From Oscillospiraceae bacterium (GTDB taxonomy: Bacteria; Bacillota; Clostridia; Oscillospirales; CAG-272): a stretch of DNA of 60,069 nt. The first letter of the stretch is position 1. The number at the start of each line of letters is the position of its first letter. Positions 18,047 through 27,166 of this stretch are shown one piece after another. Both the position numbers and the translations under genes were made by a program. The notes below the pieces were generated by a model that was not told where the DNA came from, searched no databases, and was given only the letters and a program-made list of their open reading frames with translations. The stretch is taken from assembly GCA_015065075.1 (NCBI GenBank), contig SVRA01000003.1:1-60069 (forward strand), read 5' to 3'.

Positions 18047-18440
18047 TGAAAGCACAAAGCATATGGCGCAGATCAATTATTGGATATCTATGATTGAAAC
18101 AGAAGGACTGGGCAGCGTATCTAAAGATATAGAGAAGTTTGACGTTTCTGCTCTGGATAAAATATTCTATATTGCAAAATACGTTTTGTTGCAAGATTTT
18201 GAAAAAGTGTCGGGAATTATTGACGATCTCTACACTAAAAAAGAGATACCTATTTATGCGCTGGAAGAATGGCCGTTGTTTATGCACTATAAATTATCAC
18301 CTGAATATTGTGCGTTTAAGAAGAGACACGCCGAGCTGGGCGCCGTTGTCATGTCTGAACCCAAAACAGAGAATTTGATGGAAAACAATAAAGCAACACA
18401 AAACGTGCGAGCTGAATTGCAAGAATCCGAAAATGCTTAA
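18047..18440 (+). pseudogene. Probable 5'-truncated remnant of a larger foreign gene
   Basis: Protein-like AT-rich frame (INYWI, FDVSAL, LEEWPLF) with no RBS; 5' end runs into the promoter region of the divergent gene. Confidence 0.45.
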
Positions 18441-18593
18441 CAAGTCAGAAACAGTGGAGAAAAATGTGATCAATCTTGATCCACATTCTGATACTAAAAA
18501 ATCGGAAAGAGCATTGCCTCTTTCCGATTTTTTGAGTAAGTTGTCAATTATATCTAACCTTGGCTTTACCCCCGAGATATGTGATCTTCGGGG

Positions 18594-18833
18594 ATGTTTT
18601 TGCTTGCCACGTACACGTACAACAGCAACAACGGCAAGCTGGTGTCTATGAAATACGGAAACGACACCATTCCTGTAACTTATCAGTACGATGCTCTTGA
18701 CAGATTGAAAAGAGTCTGCTGTAACATTGAAGGTAAGCTTTCGGAATACGTCCGGTATAATCTTGATGATAGAGGCATTTGCTTGTCATTAAAAAACGGC
18801 AAGTTTCTAAAAAATATTAGATTCAAAAAATAA
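18594..18833 (+). pseudogene. RHS/YD-repeat fragment
   Basis: LATYTYNSNNGKLVSMKYGN...VTYQYDALDRL resembles YD repeats; only about two repeats, no core or toxin tip. Confidence 0.65.
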
Positions 18834-18856
18834 TTTAAAAAATTTGAAAAAAGGGG

Positions 18857-18885
18857 TTGACAAATCGAAATTTGTTTGATATAAT
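18857..18885 (+). promoter_or_regulatory. Sigma-A promoter of tRNA-Thr
   Basis: Perfect TTGACA-17-TATAAT with upstream A-tracts. Confidence 0.9.
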
Positions 18886-18915
18886 AGACAAGTCGTCAAG
18901 ACAAAGTGAATATTT

Positions 18916-18991
18916 GCTGGTATGGCTCAGTCGGTAGAGCACGTCATTGGTAATGACGAGGTCATCAGTTCGATTCTGATTACCAGCTCCA
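18916..18991 (+). tRNA. tRNA-Thr(GGT)
   Basis: 76 nt; acceptor GCTGGTA/TACCAGC, D arm GCTC/GAGC, anticodon arm CGTCA-TTGGTAA-TGACG, T arm ATCAG-TTCGATT-CTGAT, encoded CCA. Confidence 0.98.
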
Positions 18992-19020
18992 AAATCCATC
19001 GCAAAAGCGGTGGATTTTTT
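18992..19020 (+). terminator. tRNA terminator (duplicated at 19152-19180)
   Basis: AAATCCATCGC-AAAA-GCGGTGGATTTTTT. Confidence 0.85.
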
Positions 19021-19036
19021 GTTTCTACTTCGCCAC

Positions 19037-19151
19037 GGCTCAGTCGGTAGAGCACGTCATTGGTAAGGACGACCTACGTTCGCTGCGCTCACTGTGCGAA
19101 ATTGCTTCGCAATTATCGGGATCATCAGTTCGATTCTGATTACCAGCTCCA
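19037..19151 (+). pseudogene. Pseudo-tRNA-Thr copy with 47-nt insertion
   Basis: Matches 18924-18991 except 2 substitutions and an insert at 19073-19119; 5' acceptor strand missing. Confidence 0.88.
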
Positions 19152-19239
19152 AAATCCATCGCAAAAGCGGTGGATTTTTTGTTTTCCTTGACATTTTCTT
19201 CAAACTATGCTACCATAGTTACAGAAAGGCGGTGAACTT

Positions 19240-19605
19240 ATGAGCAATAAAGCAGGATCAATAGCTGTAATATGTATCTTAACTATTCTGCTGATAATTT
19301 CAGTAGCAATCTTCCTTTCGACTCAAAACTCATTGGACAATATGCAAAACGTCGATCCCTCCAACGATCAATTACCGGGAGCATCTGTTCTGGCAACAAT
19401 TATTGGCTCGCTGACAGTATGGTTAGGCTTCATATTGGGCGAGTTCATCGTTTCTATGATAGGATTTGCCGGTTCCTTCTTGGCAATTAAAATCGCCCCA
19501 AGTCGCGTCCTGAAGGGAATTTCCATCGGCTTTTTCGTTTTCTATTCATTGATTGCTCTGGTATCAACCGCTGCGATCGTTTTCATTGTTATAGCAATCG
19601 TATAA
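19240..19605 (+). CDS. Small membrane protein (about 3 TM)
   Basis: Own promoter TTGACA-17-TACCAT (19188-19216), RBS, hydrophobic helices. Confidence 0.75.
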   Translation: MSNKAGSIAVICILTILLIISVAIFLSTQNSLDNMQNVDPSNDQLPGASVLATIIGSLTVWLGFILGEFIVSMIGFAGSFLAIKIAPSRVLKGISIGFFVFYSLIALVSTAAIVFIVIAIV

Positions 19606-19624
19606 CAGCATAATTTCAAATCAC

Positions 19625-19657
19625 AAAAAGCGCAACGCCATCGGCGTTGCGCTTTCT
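19625..19657. terminator. Bidirectional terminator
   Basis: AAAAAGCGCAACGCC-ATC-GGCGTTGCGCTTT. Confidence 0.8.
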
Positions 19658-20754
19658 CATTTTTTCCTCCCCATCACGATCGGCAACACCGCCGCCAAGA
19701 AAAACACACAGCAAACGAACGCCGCATTTGAGTAATCTCGTCCCGACACCTCAAGGGACGGGAGCTTTGCCAAAGCCTCCTTTGAAAAGGGAAATATCTT
19801 CAATGCAACCCACATCAGCGCCGTACATATCACCCCCTGTGCCGCTTTGGCAATAAAAAACGGTTTAAATGACACCCCGCGCCCCGAGCATATCGTTATT
19901 ATCTGAAAATGCACCGATAACCCCGACCACCCCGCGCCCGCCGCGCAAAGCAAGACCGCCGCCAATGGAGCGCCGACCTCAACCGCCGCCCCCATTCCGC
20001 TTGATATCTCAAAAAATCCAAATATCATAGCCGTCACCACTCGCGGAATATCGATCTCGGCAAGCAGCGACCCGATGCACCCGACGAACGACGAGAAAAA
20101 CACCACGTACGCGCATACCGTTATCATCGAGATAGCCGAACTCTGAATAGCCGACGTAAAGACCTCGATCGCGCCTTTTCTCTCAAAAGCAACCGCACCA
20201 TACCCCGATTTTGACCGCCCATCCCCGATCTTCCCGAAAAATATCCTCTCAAAAACACCGACAATGACCGCCGAAAGCAGAACGCACCCGTATAGCGTGA
20301 CCCCAAGCTCGACACTGCCAAGGAGCGATACCCCTACCGCGCTTATCACGAACGCCGACCCGGGATTGTTGCAAAACGTCAGCGCTCGCGAAAACTCGCG
20401 ATCAGAGATCTCACCGCGATCATACAGAGAGCATAGCGTCTTCGCCCCTATGGGAAATCCGCAGATCGCGCCAAGCACGAAGGCACAAGCCCCCGCCTCG
20501 CTTATTCCAAATAGAAATCTCGTCGGTTTCGCCAACAATCTCCCCACACGCTGCCCGACACCGCTGTGGATCAGCAGCTCGGAGATTATCATAAAAGGGA
20601 AAAGTGACGGAATGACCGCCCCTGCGCATAGTTGAAGCCCCTTTTTCATATAATTGATTGCAACGCTCGAACGGATCAGGAAAAGAAGGAAAGCCGCCGA
20701 GGCGATCACAGCAAAGATCGGGAATCTACGTTTTTTTGCCTCTGCACGCGCCAT
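19657..20754 (-). CDS. ylbJ: Sporulation integral membrane protein YlbJ-like
   Basis: VIPSLFPF, CGFPIGAK, FCNNPGSAFV, FEISSG, GWSGLSVHFQ; start at ATG 20754 behind AAGGAGG. Confidence 0.85.
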   Translation of the reverse strand: MARAEAKKRRFPIFAVIASAAFLLFLIRSSVAINYMKKGLQLCAGAVIPSLFPFMIISELLIHSGVGQRVGRLLAKPTRFLFGISEAGACAFVLGAICGFPIGAKTLCSLYDRGEISDREFSRALTFCNNPGSAFVISAVGVSLLGSVELGVTLYGCVLLSAVIVGVFERIFFGKIGDGRSKSGYGAVAFERKGAIEVFTSAIQSSAISMITVCAYVVFFSSFVGCIGSLLAEIDIPRVVTAMIFGFFEISSGMGAAVEVGAPLAAVLLCAAGAGWSGLSVHFQIITICSGRGVSFKPFFIAKAAQGVICTALMWVALKIFPFSKEALAKLPSLEVSGRDYSNAAFVCCVFFLAAVLPIVMGRKK

Positions 20755-20814
20755 TTTTACCCTCCTTAAAGCGAACTTAATTTCAGTAAAATATATTTTG
20801 TCCGAGGTCGTAAT

Positions 20815-21138
20815 ATGAGTGCAGAGCCAAATAAAGTTCATAAGGAGAAAAGGGGATTTCTCGAATTCCTCGCAGTTAAGGCAGAGCTGCCGAGCGACGT
20901 GCTGGGAGGCGACTTTCACATAGAGCTCCGAGGCAGAAACACGCTTTTTATGCAGGGCTGCCGCAGAATATTGAAATATTCCCCCGACGAAATGATAATG
21001 TCGGCGCGCGGCTTTGCTGTGGTGATCGAGGGTGAGCGCCTTATCTGCTCAACCTACCACAGCGGCACTGTAACGGTGGAGGGTAACATATTGGCAGTCC
21101 GCTTCGACCTGCCGGATAGCGAGGAGAAAAACAGATGA
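20815..21138 (+). CDS. yqfC: YabP/YqfC family sporulation protein
   Basis: ELPSDV...IELRGR...GCRRILKY...IEGERL...VEGNI; directly upstream of yqfD. Confidence 0.8.
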   Translation: MSAEPNKVHKEKRGFLEFLAVKAELPSDVLGGDFHIELRGRNTLFMQGCRRILKYSPDEMIMSARGFAVVIEGERLICSTYHSGTVTVEGNILAVRFDLPDSEEKNR

Positions 21139-22310
21139 ATATATCCTACTTTATTTGCGGCTATGTCACGATAAAAGCGAATTACGATAATATCACCCCG
21201 CTTCTCAATCTCTGTATGTACTATTGCATACCGTATTCAAACTTCAGAGCCGAGACCGACGGCGTACTTCTCACTATGCGCCTCTCGGCCAAAAAGAAGC
21301 TCGAAAAAGAAGCAAAAGCGAGGGGAATAGAATTCGAAACCGTCAAAAAAGGCGGCATTCCCACGCTACTGTCGCGGTATAAGCACAGATACGGAATACC
21401 GATAGGAGTGCTTGTTGCCGCCGCGCTCGTCTTTTTCTCGCATCGATTCGTCTGGGATATAGAGGTCACGGGCAACGAGAATATCACCACCTCCGAGATC
21501 TGCGAGGCCTTAAAAAGCTACGGGCTCGGAGTCGGCTCGTATATCCCGTCGCTAAATACCGACAGAATAGAGAACGAATTTCTGCTTGATTCCGAAACAG
21601 TGTCGTGGATATCGGTAAACCTTATCGGCACGGTCGCCGAGGTACAGATAAGAGAGTACCGGGGAGAGACCGACGAGCAGGCGTCGACCAAACCCGCCAA
21701 CCTCGTCGCCTCGAAATCGGGGATCATACAAGAGGTAAGAGTGTATAACGGCAACGTGGTCGTCGTGTCGGGACAGCACGTCGATCAAGGCGACCTGCTC
21801 GTAAGCGGCCTTTACGATAGCAAAACGCTCGGCTTTCGCTACACCCGCGCCGAAGGAAGCATAATGGCAAAAACCGTTACCGAATATTATATCGAAATCC
21901 CCTACGAATACGAGGCAACAGTCTACACGGGGGCAGAATATTACGATAAATATTTAAATTTTTTTGACTATTCGATTAACATTTCAAAAAATAGTGGAAA
22001 AGAGGGCGCATTATATGATACAATAAGTATAGTGGAGAGTCTTTGCCTTCCCGACGGGACCGAGACCCCGTTTGAGATGCGGACCGTAAAGCATTTGGAA
22101 TATGAATCGGTCACGCTGACCCGTACCGCAGCCGAAGCCGAGGAGCTCGCGTATTTCGAGCTTTCTCAAAGACTTGCAGCGGCGGCAGAGGGCACGACGA
22201 TCCTCCGCAAAATAATCGTTCCGCAAATAAAGGACGGCTCCTTTGCGCTTTACTGTACCGTGATAGCCATCGAGGATATCGCGAAAACGGTGGAGTTCGA
22301 GGTCGAGTAA
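21135..22310 (+). CDS. yqfD: Sporulation protein YqfD
   Basis: FVWDIEVTGNE, SWISVNLIGT, PANLVASKSGII, GDLLVSG, EDIA; yqfC-yqfD-phoH synteny. Confidence 0.9.
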   Translation: MNISYFICGYVTIKANYDNITPLLNLCMYYCIPYSNFRAETDGVLLTMRLSAKKKLEKEAKARGIEFETVKKGGIPTLLSRYKHRYGIPIGVLVAAALVFFSHRFVWDIEVTGNENITTSEICEALKSYGLGVGSYIPSLNTDRIENEFLLDSETVSWISVNLIGTVAEVQIREYRGETDEQASTKPANLVASKSGIIQEVRVYNGNVVVVSGQHVDQGDLLVSGLYDSKTLGFRYTRAEGSIMAKTVTEYYIEIPYEYEATVYTGAEYYDKYLNFFDYSINISKNSGKEGALYDTISIVESLCLPDGTETPFEMRTVKHLEYESVTLTRTAAEAEELAYFELSQRLAAAAEGTTILRKIIVPQIKDGSFALYCTVIAIEDIAKTVEFEVE

Positions 22311-22328
22311 CACTTGAAAGGACAAAAA

Positions 22329-23390
22329 GTGAGCAGTAAAATAATCAAAATAGAAAGCCCCGACGTGCTGGCAACGGTCTTCGGCAGCTGCGATTCAAAC
22401 GTAAAGATAATCGAAAAGAAATTCGGCGTCGCCGTGCATAATCGCATCGCGGACAGCGGAGAGGACGTAATCGTCGTCTCGGGCGATCAGGACATGGCGG
22501 TCAGTCAGGCGGCAAGCGCCGTGGCGTACCTTGTCAAAATGGCAAAATATAACGAAAACATCAACGATCAAAGCGTGATATACGTCTGCGACACGGTGAG
22601 CTCGGGCAACTCGGGCGAGCTCGAGGAGCTTGGCGACGATACTATCTGTGTCACGATGAAGGGCAAGCCGATCAAGGCAAAGACCGTCGGACAAAAGCAG
22701 TACGTCAACGCGATCAAAAAGAACACCATAGTGCTCGGCATCGGACCTGCGGGAACGGGAAAGACCTTCCTCGCGGTCGCAATGGCGGTCAAGGCACTCC
22801 GCGAAAAGCAGGTGTCGAGAATAATCCTCACCCGACCCGCTATCGAGGCGGGCGAAAAGCTCGGATTTTTGCCGGGTGACCTGCAAAGCAAGATCGACCC
22901 CTACCTCCGCCCACTCTACGACTCGCTCTACGAAATGATGGGCGCGGAGAATTATCAGCGTCAGGTCGAGAAGGGAGTTATCGAGGTCGCACCCCTGGCG
23001 TATATGAGAGGAAGAACGCTCGACGATTCCTTCATAATCCTCGACGAAGCGCAAAACTGTACCCCCGAGCAAATGAAAATGTTTCTGACCCGACTCGGAT
23101 TCAACTCAAAGGCGGTCGTAACGGGAGACCTTACCCAGACCGACCTGCCGTACGGACAGAAAAGCGGTCTTGCCGAGGCGGTCAAGATCCTCACCGACAT
23201 CGAGGATATCGCGATCCATAGCTTCAGCGAGCGCGACGTGGTAAGACATAAGCTCGTGCAGAAGATAATACTCGCATACGAAAAATACGACAAGGAGCGC
23301 AGAGAGAAATACTCGCGCAACGACGATAAAAAGCATAACGACAGAAAGGAAACGGACGGCAAGCACAGCTACCGCCCCTCAAGGAATTGA
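22329..23390 (+). CDS. phoH: PhoH family protein
   Basis: GPAGTGKTFLA, LTRPAIEAGEKLGFLPGD, PLAYMRGRTL, DEAQN; GTG 22329 follows AAGGA. Confidence 0.95.
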   Translation: MSSKIIKIESPDVLATVFGSCDSNVKIIEKKFGVAVHNRIADSGEDVIVVSGDQDMAVSQAASAVAYLVKMAKYNENINDQSVIYVCDTVSSGNSGELEELGDDTICVTMKGKPIKAKTVGQKQYVNAIKKNTIVLGIGPAGTGKTFLAVAMAVKALREKQVSRIILTRPAIEAGEKLGFLPGDLQSKIDPYLRPLYDSLYEMMGAENYQRQVEKGVIEVAPLAYMRGRTLDDSFIILDEAQNCTPEQMKMFLTRLGFNSKAVVTGDLTQTDLPYGQKSGLAEAVKILTDIEDIAIHSFSERDVVRHKLVQKIILAYEKYDKERREKYSRNDDKKHNDRKETDGKHSYRPSRN

Positions 23391-23395
23391 CCGAT

Positions 23396-23890
23396 ATGAA
23401 CAGAAAAATGGGACTAAAGATCTATTTTGAAAACGCGCAGGACAAGCTCCCGCTGACCTATAAAATGAAAATGCTCATCAGAGAAGCCGTCGAAACCACG
23501 CTTGATTTCGAGGATTTTCAGAATCATTGCGAGGTCTCGGTGACCTTCACGGATAACGAGGGAATACACGAGCTCAACAAGAAATTCCGCGAGGTAGACA
23601 AGCCCACCGACGTGCTCTCGTTCCCCCTTTTCGACTTTGAGGGCGAGACCGACGAGCCCCCCGTCGACGAGATAATGAGCAACCTCGGCGATATCGTCAT
23701 TTCCCTTGAAAAAGCAAAAGAGCAGGCAGATGAATACGGTCATTCCTTCGAGCGCGAGGTCGCGTTCCTTTGCGTCCATTCAATGCTCCACCTGCTCGGC
23801 TATGACCACGAAACAAGTGACGAGGACGACGTCGAAATGAGATCCAAGCAGACCGAAATAATGAGAATAATGGGCCTTGAGGTCAAATAA
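23396..23890 (+). CDS. ybeY: rRNA maturation endoribonuclease YbeY
   Basis: PTDVLSFP, LGDIVIS, HSMLHLLGYDH. Confidence 0.97.
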   Translation: MNRKMGLKIYFENAQDKLPLTYKMKMLIREAVETTLDFEDFQNHCEVSVTFTDNEGIHELNKKFREVDKPTDVLSFPLFDFEGETDEPPVDEIMSNLGDIVISLEKAKEQADEYGHSFEREVAFLCVHSMLHLLGYDHETSDEDDVEMRSKQTEIMRIMGLEVK

Positions 23891-23908
23891 AAAGCAAGGA
23901 AAAAGATA

Positions 23909-24793
23909 ATGAAAAAAACAGGATTTATAGCAATAGTAGGAAGACCTAACGTAGGAAAATCCACGCTTCTCAATAGCATTCTCGGCGAAAAGGTGGCGAT
24001 AGTCTCCTCCAAGCCGCAGACCACGAGAAACAGAATCATCGGAATACATACCGTCGGCGACGATCAGTACGTGTTCCTTGATACCCCGGGCATTTTCAAG
24101 CCGCGCAACAGCCTCGGCTCTTATATGGTAAAAACGGCTAATTCCTCGATGCAGGATGCAGATGCGGTTATCCTTGTTGTCGATACGGGTAAGCCGATAA
24201 GTGAGACCGAGAAAAACGTAATAACCTACCTCAAAAGAACCGAGACCCCAAGTGTCCTCGTTCTCAATAAGATCGACCTCTACCGCCGCGAGCAGATAGC
24301 CGAAACAATCGCCGCATATAGCGAGCTCCACTCGTTTGACGCGGTCGTGCCGATCTGCGCGAAGAACGGAAAGGGAGTGGACGAGGTGCTCGACGAGTGT
24401 AAAGCCTTCCTTGGCGAGTCCGACTTCTTTTTCCCCGAGGATATGGTCACAGATCAGTCCGAGCGTCAGGTAGCTGCCGAGGTCATCCGCGAAAAGCTCT
24501 TGAGAACACTCAATAAAGAGATCCCCCACGGCATCGCCGTCGCGATCGAGGAGTTCAAGGACGAGGGAAGCCTCGTCAGTATCCGCGCCGAGATCTTCTG
24601 CGAAAAGGCGTCGCATAAGGGAATTATCGTCGGCAAGAACGGCGAGGAGCTCAAGCGCGTCGGATCGTACGCGCGCGCTGACCTTGAAGCCATATTCGGC
24701 GCAAAGGTTTACCTCAACCTCTGGGTAAAGGTCAAGGAAAATTGGCGCGATAGCCAGAGAGGAATCACCGACTTCGGCTTCACCGAGGACTGA
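23909..24793 (+). CDS. era: GTPase Era
   Basis: GRPNVGKSTL, PQTTR, DTPG, NKID, KH domain KGIIVGKNG. Confidence 0.98.
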   Translation: MKKTGFIAIVGRPNVGKSTLLNSILGEKVAIVSSKPQTTRNRIIGIHTVGDDQYVFLDTPGIFKPRNSLGSYMVKTANSSMQDADAVILVVDTGKPISETEKNVITYLKRTETPSVLVLNKIDLYRREQIAETIAAYSELHSFDAVVPICAKNGKGVDEVLDECKAFLGESDFFFPEDMVTDQSERQVAAEVIREKLLRTLNKEIPHGIAVAIEEFKDEGSLVSIRAEIFCEKASHKGIIVGKNGEELKRVGSYARADLEAIFGAKVYLNLWVKVKENWRDSQRGITDFGFTED

Positions 24794-24830
24794 TCAGGAA
24801 TCAAAAAAACAACGTAAGAGGAGTAAGGAT

Positions 24831-25625
24831 ATGACCTTCGCAACCGACGGGCTTATCACCCGCGTGATCGACGTAGGCGCGTCGGACAAGCTTGTAAATA
24901 TCATAACCCACTCGCGCGGACGAATCGGCGTGATGGTCAAGGGCGGACGTTCTCCAAACAGTAAGCTGACCGCAATATCTCAGCTTTTTACTTACGGAAA
25001 TTTCGAGATCTACGAAAAGAATTCAATGTATTGGCTTCGCGGCGGCTCGGTCACCAATTCCTTTTATAACCTCTCCACCGACGTCTCGAAGGTCGCGCTT
25101 GCGGCGTATCTTTGTGACCTCGCCAACGAGCTGACCGATGAGGACGAGGAGTGCGACGAGCTGCTCAGATTGCTGCTCAATTCGCTTTTCCTTATAGGTA
25201 AGGGAGAAAAGGATCAGGCGATAATAAAATCAGTCTTTGAGTTTCGCACCGCGGCAAACTCGGGATATCTCCCCGAGCTTTCGGGATGCGTGTATTGCGG
25301 AAGCGGCAGCGCCGATCAGATCTACCTCGACGTAATGGGCGGAAGACTTATCTGTACCGATTGTCTTTCGAGAAGAGGAGAGAAGCGTCCGAATATTTCA
25401 AAGGAATTCGACGATATGCCCTCGGCAACCGTGCTCTGCGGTATCTCACCGTCAACTCTTGCGGCTCTGCGATATATCGCATACGCCCCCGCAAATAAGG
25501 TCTTTTCCTTTGACCTGAAGGACGACTCCGATATCCGCGACCTTTCCAAAGCCACCGAAGCGTATATCCTCAACCACCTCGGACGAAGCTTCGACTCACT
25601 CGATTTCTATAAAGCAGTTATGTAA
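24831..25625 (+). CDS. recO: DNA repair protein RecO
   Basis: OB-fold N-terminus, GYLPELSGCVYCG...GGRLICTDC zinc finger, era-recO synteny. Confidence 0.93.
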   Translation: MTFATDGLITRVIDVGASDKLVNIITHSRGRIGVMVKGGRSPNSKLTAISQLFTYGNFEIYEKNSMYWLRGGSVTNSFYNLSTDVSKVALAAYLCDLANELTDEDEECDELLRLLLNSLFLIGKGEKDQAIIKSVFEFRTAANSGYLPELSGCVYCGSGSADQIYLDVMGGRLICTDCLSRRGEKRPNISKEFDDMPSATVLCGISPSTLAALRYIAYAPANKVFSFDLKDDSDIRDLSKATEAYILNHLGRSFDSLDFYKAVM

Positions 25626-25628
25626 AAA

Positions 25629-25659
25629 AACGGGAGCAGACATACCGTCTGCTTCCGTT
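25629..25659 (+). terminator. Hairpin after recO
   Basis: AACGGGAGCAGAC-ATACC-GTCTGCTTCCGTT. Confidence 0.7.
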
Positions 25660-25807
25660 AATTCTTAAACTCCATCTTGCGAAGCACAAGCGTGTGCGAG
25701 CAACACAGCATTACTTTCACCCAAGATGGACAAAAGAGCCCCATCAGGAAGTTCAACCACGCGGCTTCAGATTCGGAAACACAGTGTGCCGAAGGCGAAA
25801 GGGTGGA

Positions 25808-25936
25808 GAATTCTTAAAGAGAAGGGAGATGTTGAGCAAGTTCAAAACGCGGCTCGCTGCTTTTTGAACGGCGAAACCTCCCTTCTTTTTAAGCGGCGTT
25901 TCTTTTCGTAGTTTTCTTGCCGCTGTTGGCAAGAAA
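25808..25936 (+). repeat. Structured repeat family 2, copy B
   Basis: Same architecture as 15069-15200 with compensatory stem changes. Confidence 0.88.
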
Positions 25937-25947
25937 TGAACACCTCT

Positions 25948-26445
25948 CTATCTCCCAAATCTCCTCTTCCCACGCTTAGCCACTCTTTTAACATTCCCCG
26001 CAAGTGCCCCAAGCACCGAGAAAACGATCACCAACGCATGTAAAAGCAAAGATTGCCAAAGCTCAAAGTTAGAGGACGAAATCCCCTTGAGCACAATAGA
26101 AAACAACATCGCGCAAACCGTTGAAAGCCCTCCGCAAATGATCCCGCAAAGCGCAGGCGCATCCTTGACCCTTTTGGCGGTCACAAATCCGCCGATAAAC
26201 GCAGAGGGAAAGAGCGCAATAAGCGATAGCGATGAAATTAAACTCAGCGGATCAGGACTTGCAAGTGCCGCAGCGGATAGCACGCTGATAAGAATAATCC
26301 CCGAGATAAACGTGACCAAAAGCCCCCAAAGAGAGCATTTCAGCACAGATGTAAAAAGCGGTGACTCGTCGCCAGAGCGTGACCGCGCGGCAACGGGAGT
26401 CGTACGCGAGCGCACGAGCGCGGAAGACCTTTGATTTCTGTTCAT
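25948..26445 (-). CDS. TIGR04086/YrzE-like membrane protein
   Basis: 4 TM, AFIGGFVTAK...G...G pattern, basic C-terminus, next to yajC. Confidence 0.75.
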   Translation of the reverse strand: MNRNQRSSALVRSRTTPVAARSRSGDESPLFTSVLKCSLWGLLVTFISGIILISVLSAAALASPDPLSLISSLSLIALFPSAFIGGFVTAKRVKDAPALCGIICGGLSTVCAMLFSIVLKGISSSNFELWQSLLLHALVIVFSVLGALAGNVKRVAKRGKRRFGR

Positions 26446-26480
26446 AATAAAAACGCCTCCGTAACGTATATTTCCGTAGA

Positions 26481-26507
26481 AATATATGCCTTCGGAAGCG
26501 TTTTTAT
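26481..26507 (-). promoter_or_regulatory. Sigma-E (mother cell) type promoter
   Basis: ATA-16-CATATATT matches the B. subtilis SigE consensus. Confidence 0.6.
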
Positions 26508-26530
26508 TACTTTTATGAAGATCTGATCGG

Positions 26531-26869
26531 TCAGTCGATAGAGTCCTCTGCCTTAACGTCAACGCGGCTGACAGCAGTCTTGAGAATGCGGATCTTGGTG
26601 CCGTCGCGGCTAGTCTCGATAACGCAGGTCTCCTCCTTGATGCTTACGATCTTGCCGATGATACCGCCGATCGTGGTGATCTCGTCGCCAACCTGAAGAT
26701 TGTTGCGCATGCTTGCAATCTCCTGATCTTGCTTTCTTTGTTTGCGAGAGCTCACTACCATAATAACGATCAGGATTCCGATCATAATAACGGGCAGCAA
26801 CAACGAAGTAAGGCCTCCACCGTTGTTTGGAGTGCTGGTCGATGAGAGCAAAAGAGCTGTATTGAGCAT
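26531..26869 (-). CDS. yajC: Preprotein translocase subunit YajC
   Basis: Single TM, MRNNLQVGDEITTIGGIIGKI. Confidence 0.93.
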   Translation of the reverse strand: MLNTALLLSSTSTPNNGGGLTSLLLPVIMIGILIVIMVVSSRKQRKQDQEIASMRNNLQVGDEITTIGGIIGKIVSIKEETCVIETSRDGTKIRILKTAVSRVDVKAEDSID

Positions 26870-27166
26870 AATGTTAGTTACCCTTTCTTGGTTATATTTT
26901 TCATACTTTTCTATTGTACCCTCAAATACGGTGTATGTCAACCTTGTATTTGTAAATTTTTTTCAACATCCCCGTTTTTTGCCGCCCAAACCCCACTTTA
27001 TTGTCATTTCGTCACTAAAAATCAAAAAAATCACACTATCTCTTGCAATTTAAATATAATTGTGCTATAATGTAGATAATTATTATGCCAAACTGTGCCT
27101 TTTTTGGCATCTCGGAGAAAAAACGCCGAAAATATATTGAAAAGTCGAGGCTGAACGCAATAAATT

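Noticed and set aside
19037-19151. Second functional tRNA (long-variable-arm or intron-containing)
   Set aside because: No 5' acceptor strand to pair with TACCAGC, anticodon stem mismatch, and the insert is far too short for a self-splicing intron
15540-19620. Intact prophage, ICE or defence island at tRNA-Thr
   Set aside because: No integrase, structural, conjugation or recognisable defence genes; only remnants
27061-27093. dif-like sequence GTGCTATAA-TGTAGA
   Set aside because: Right arm does not match at the correct spacing; better explained as the -10 box of the rimM promoter
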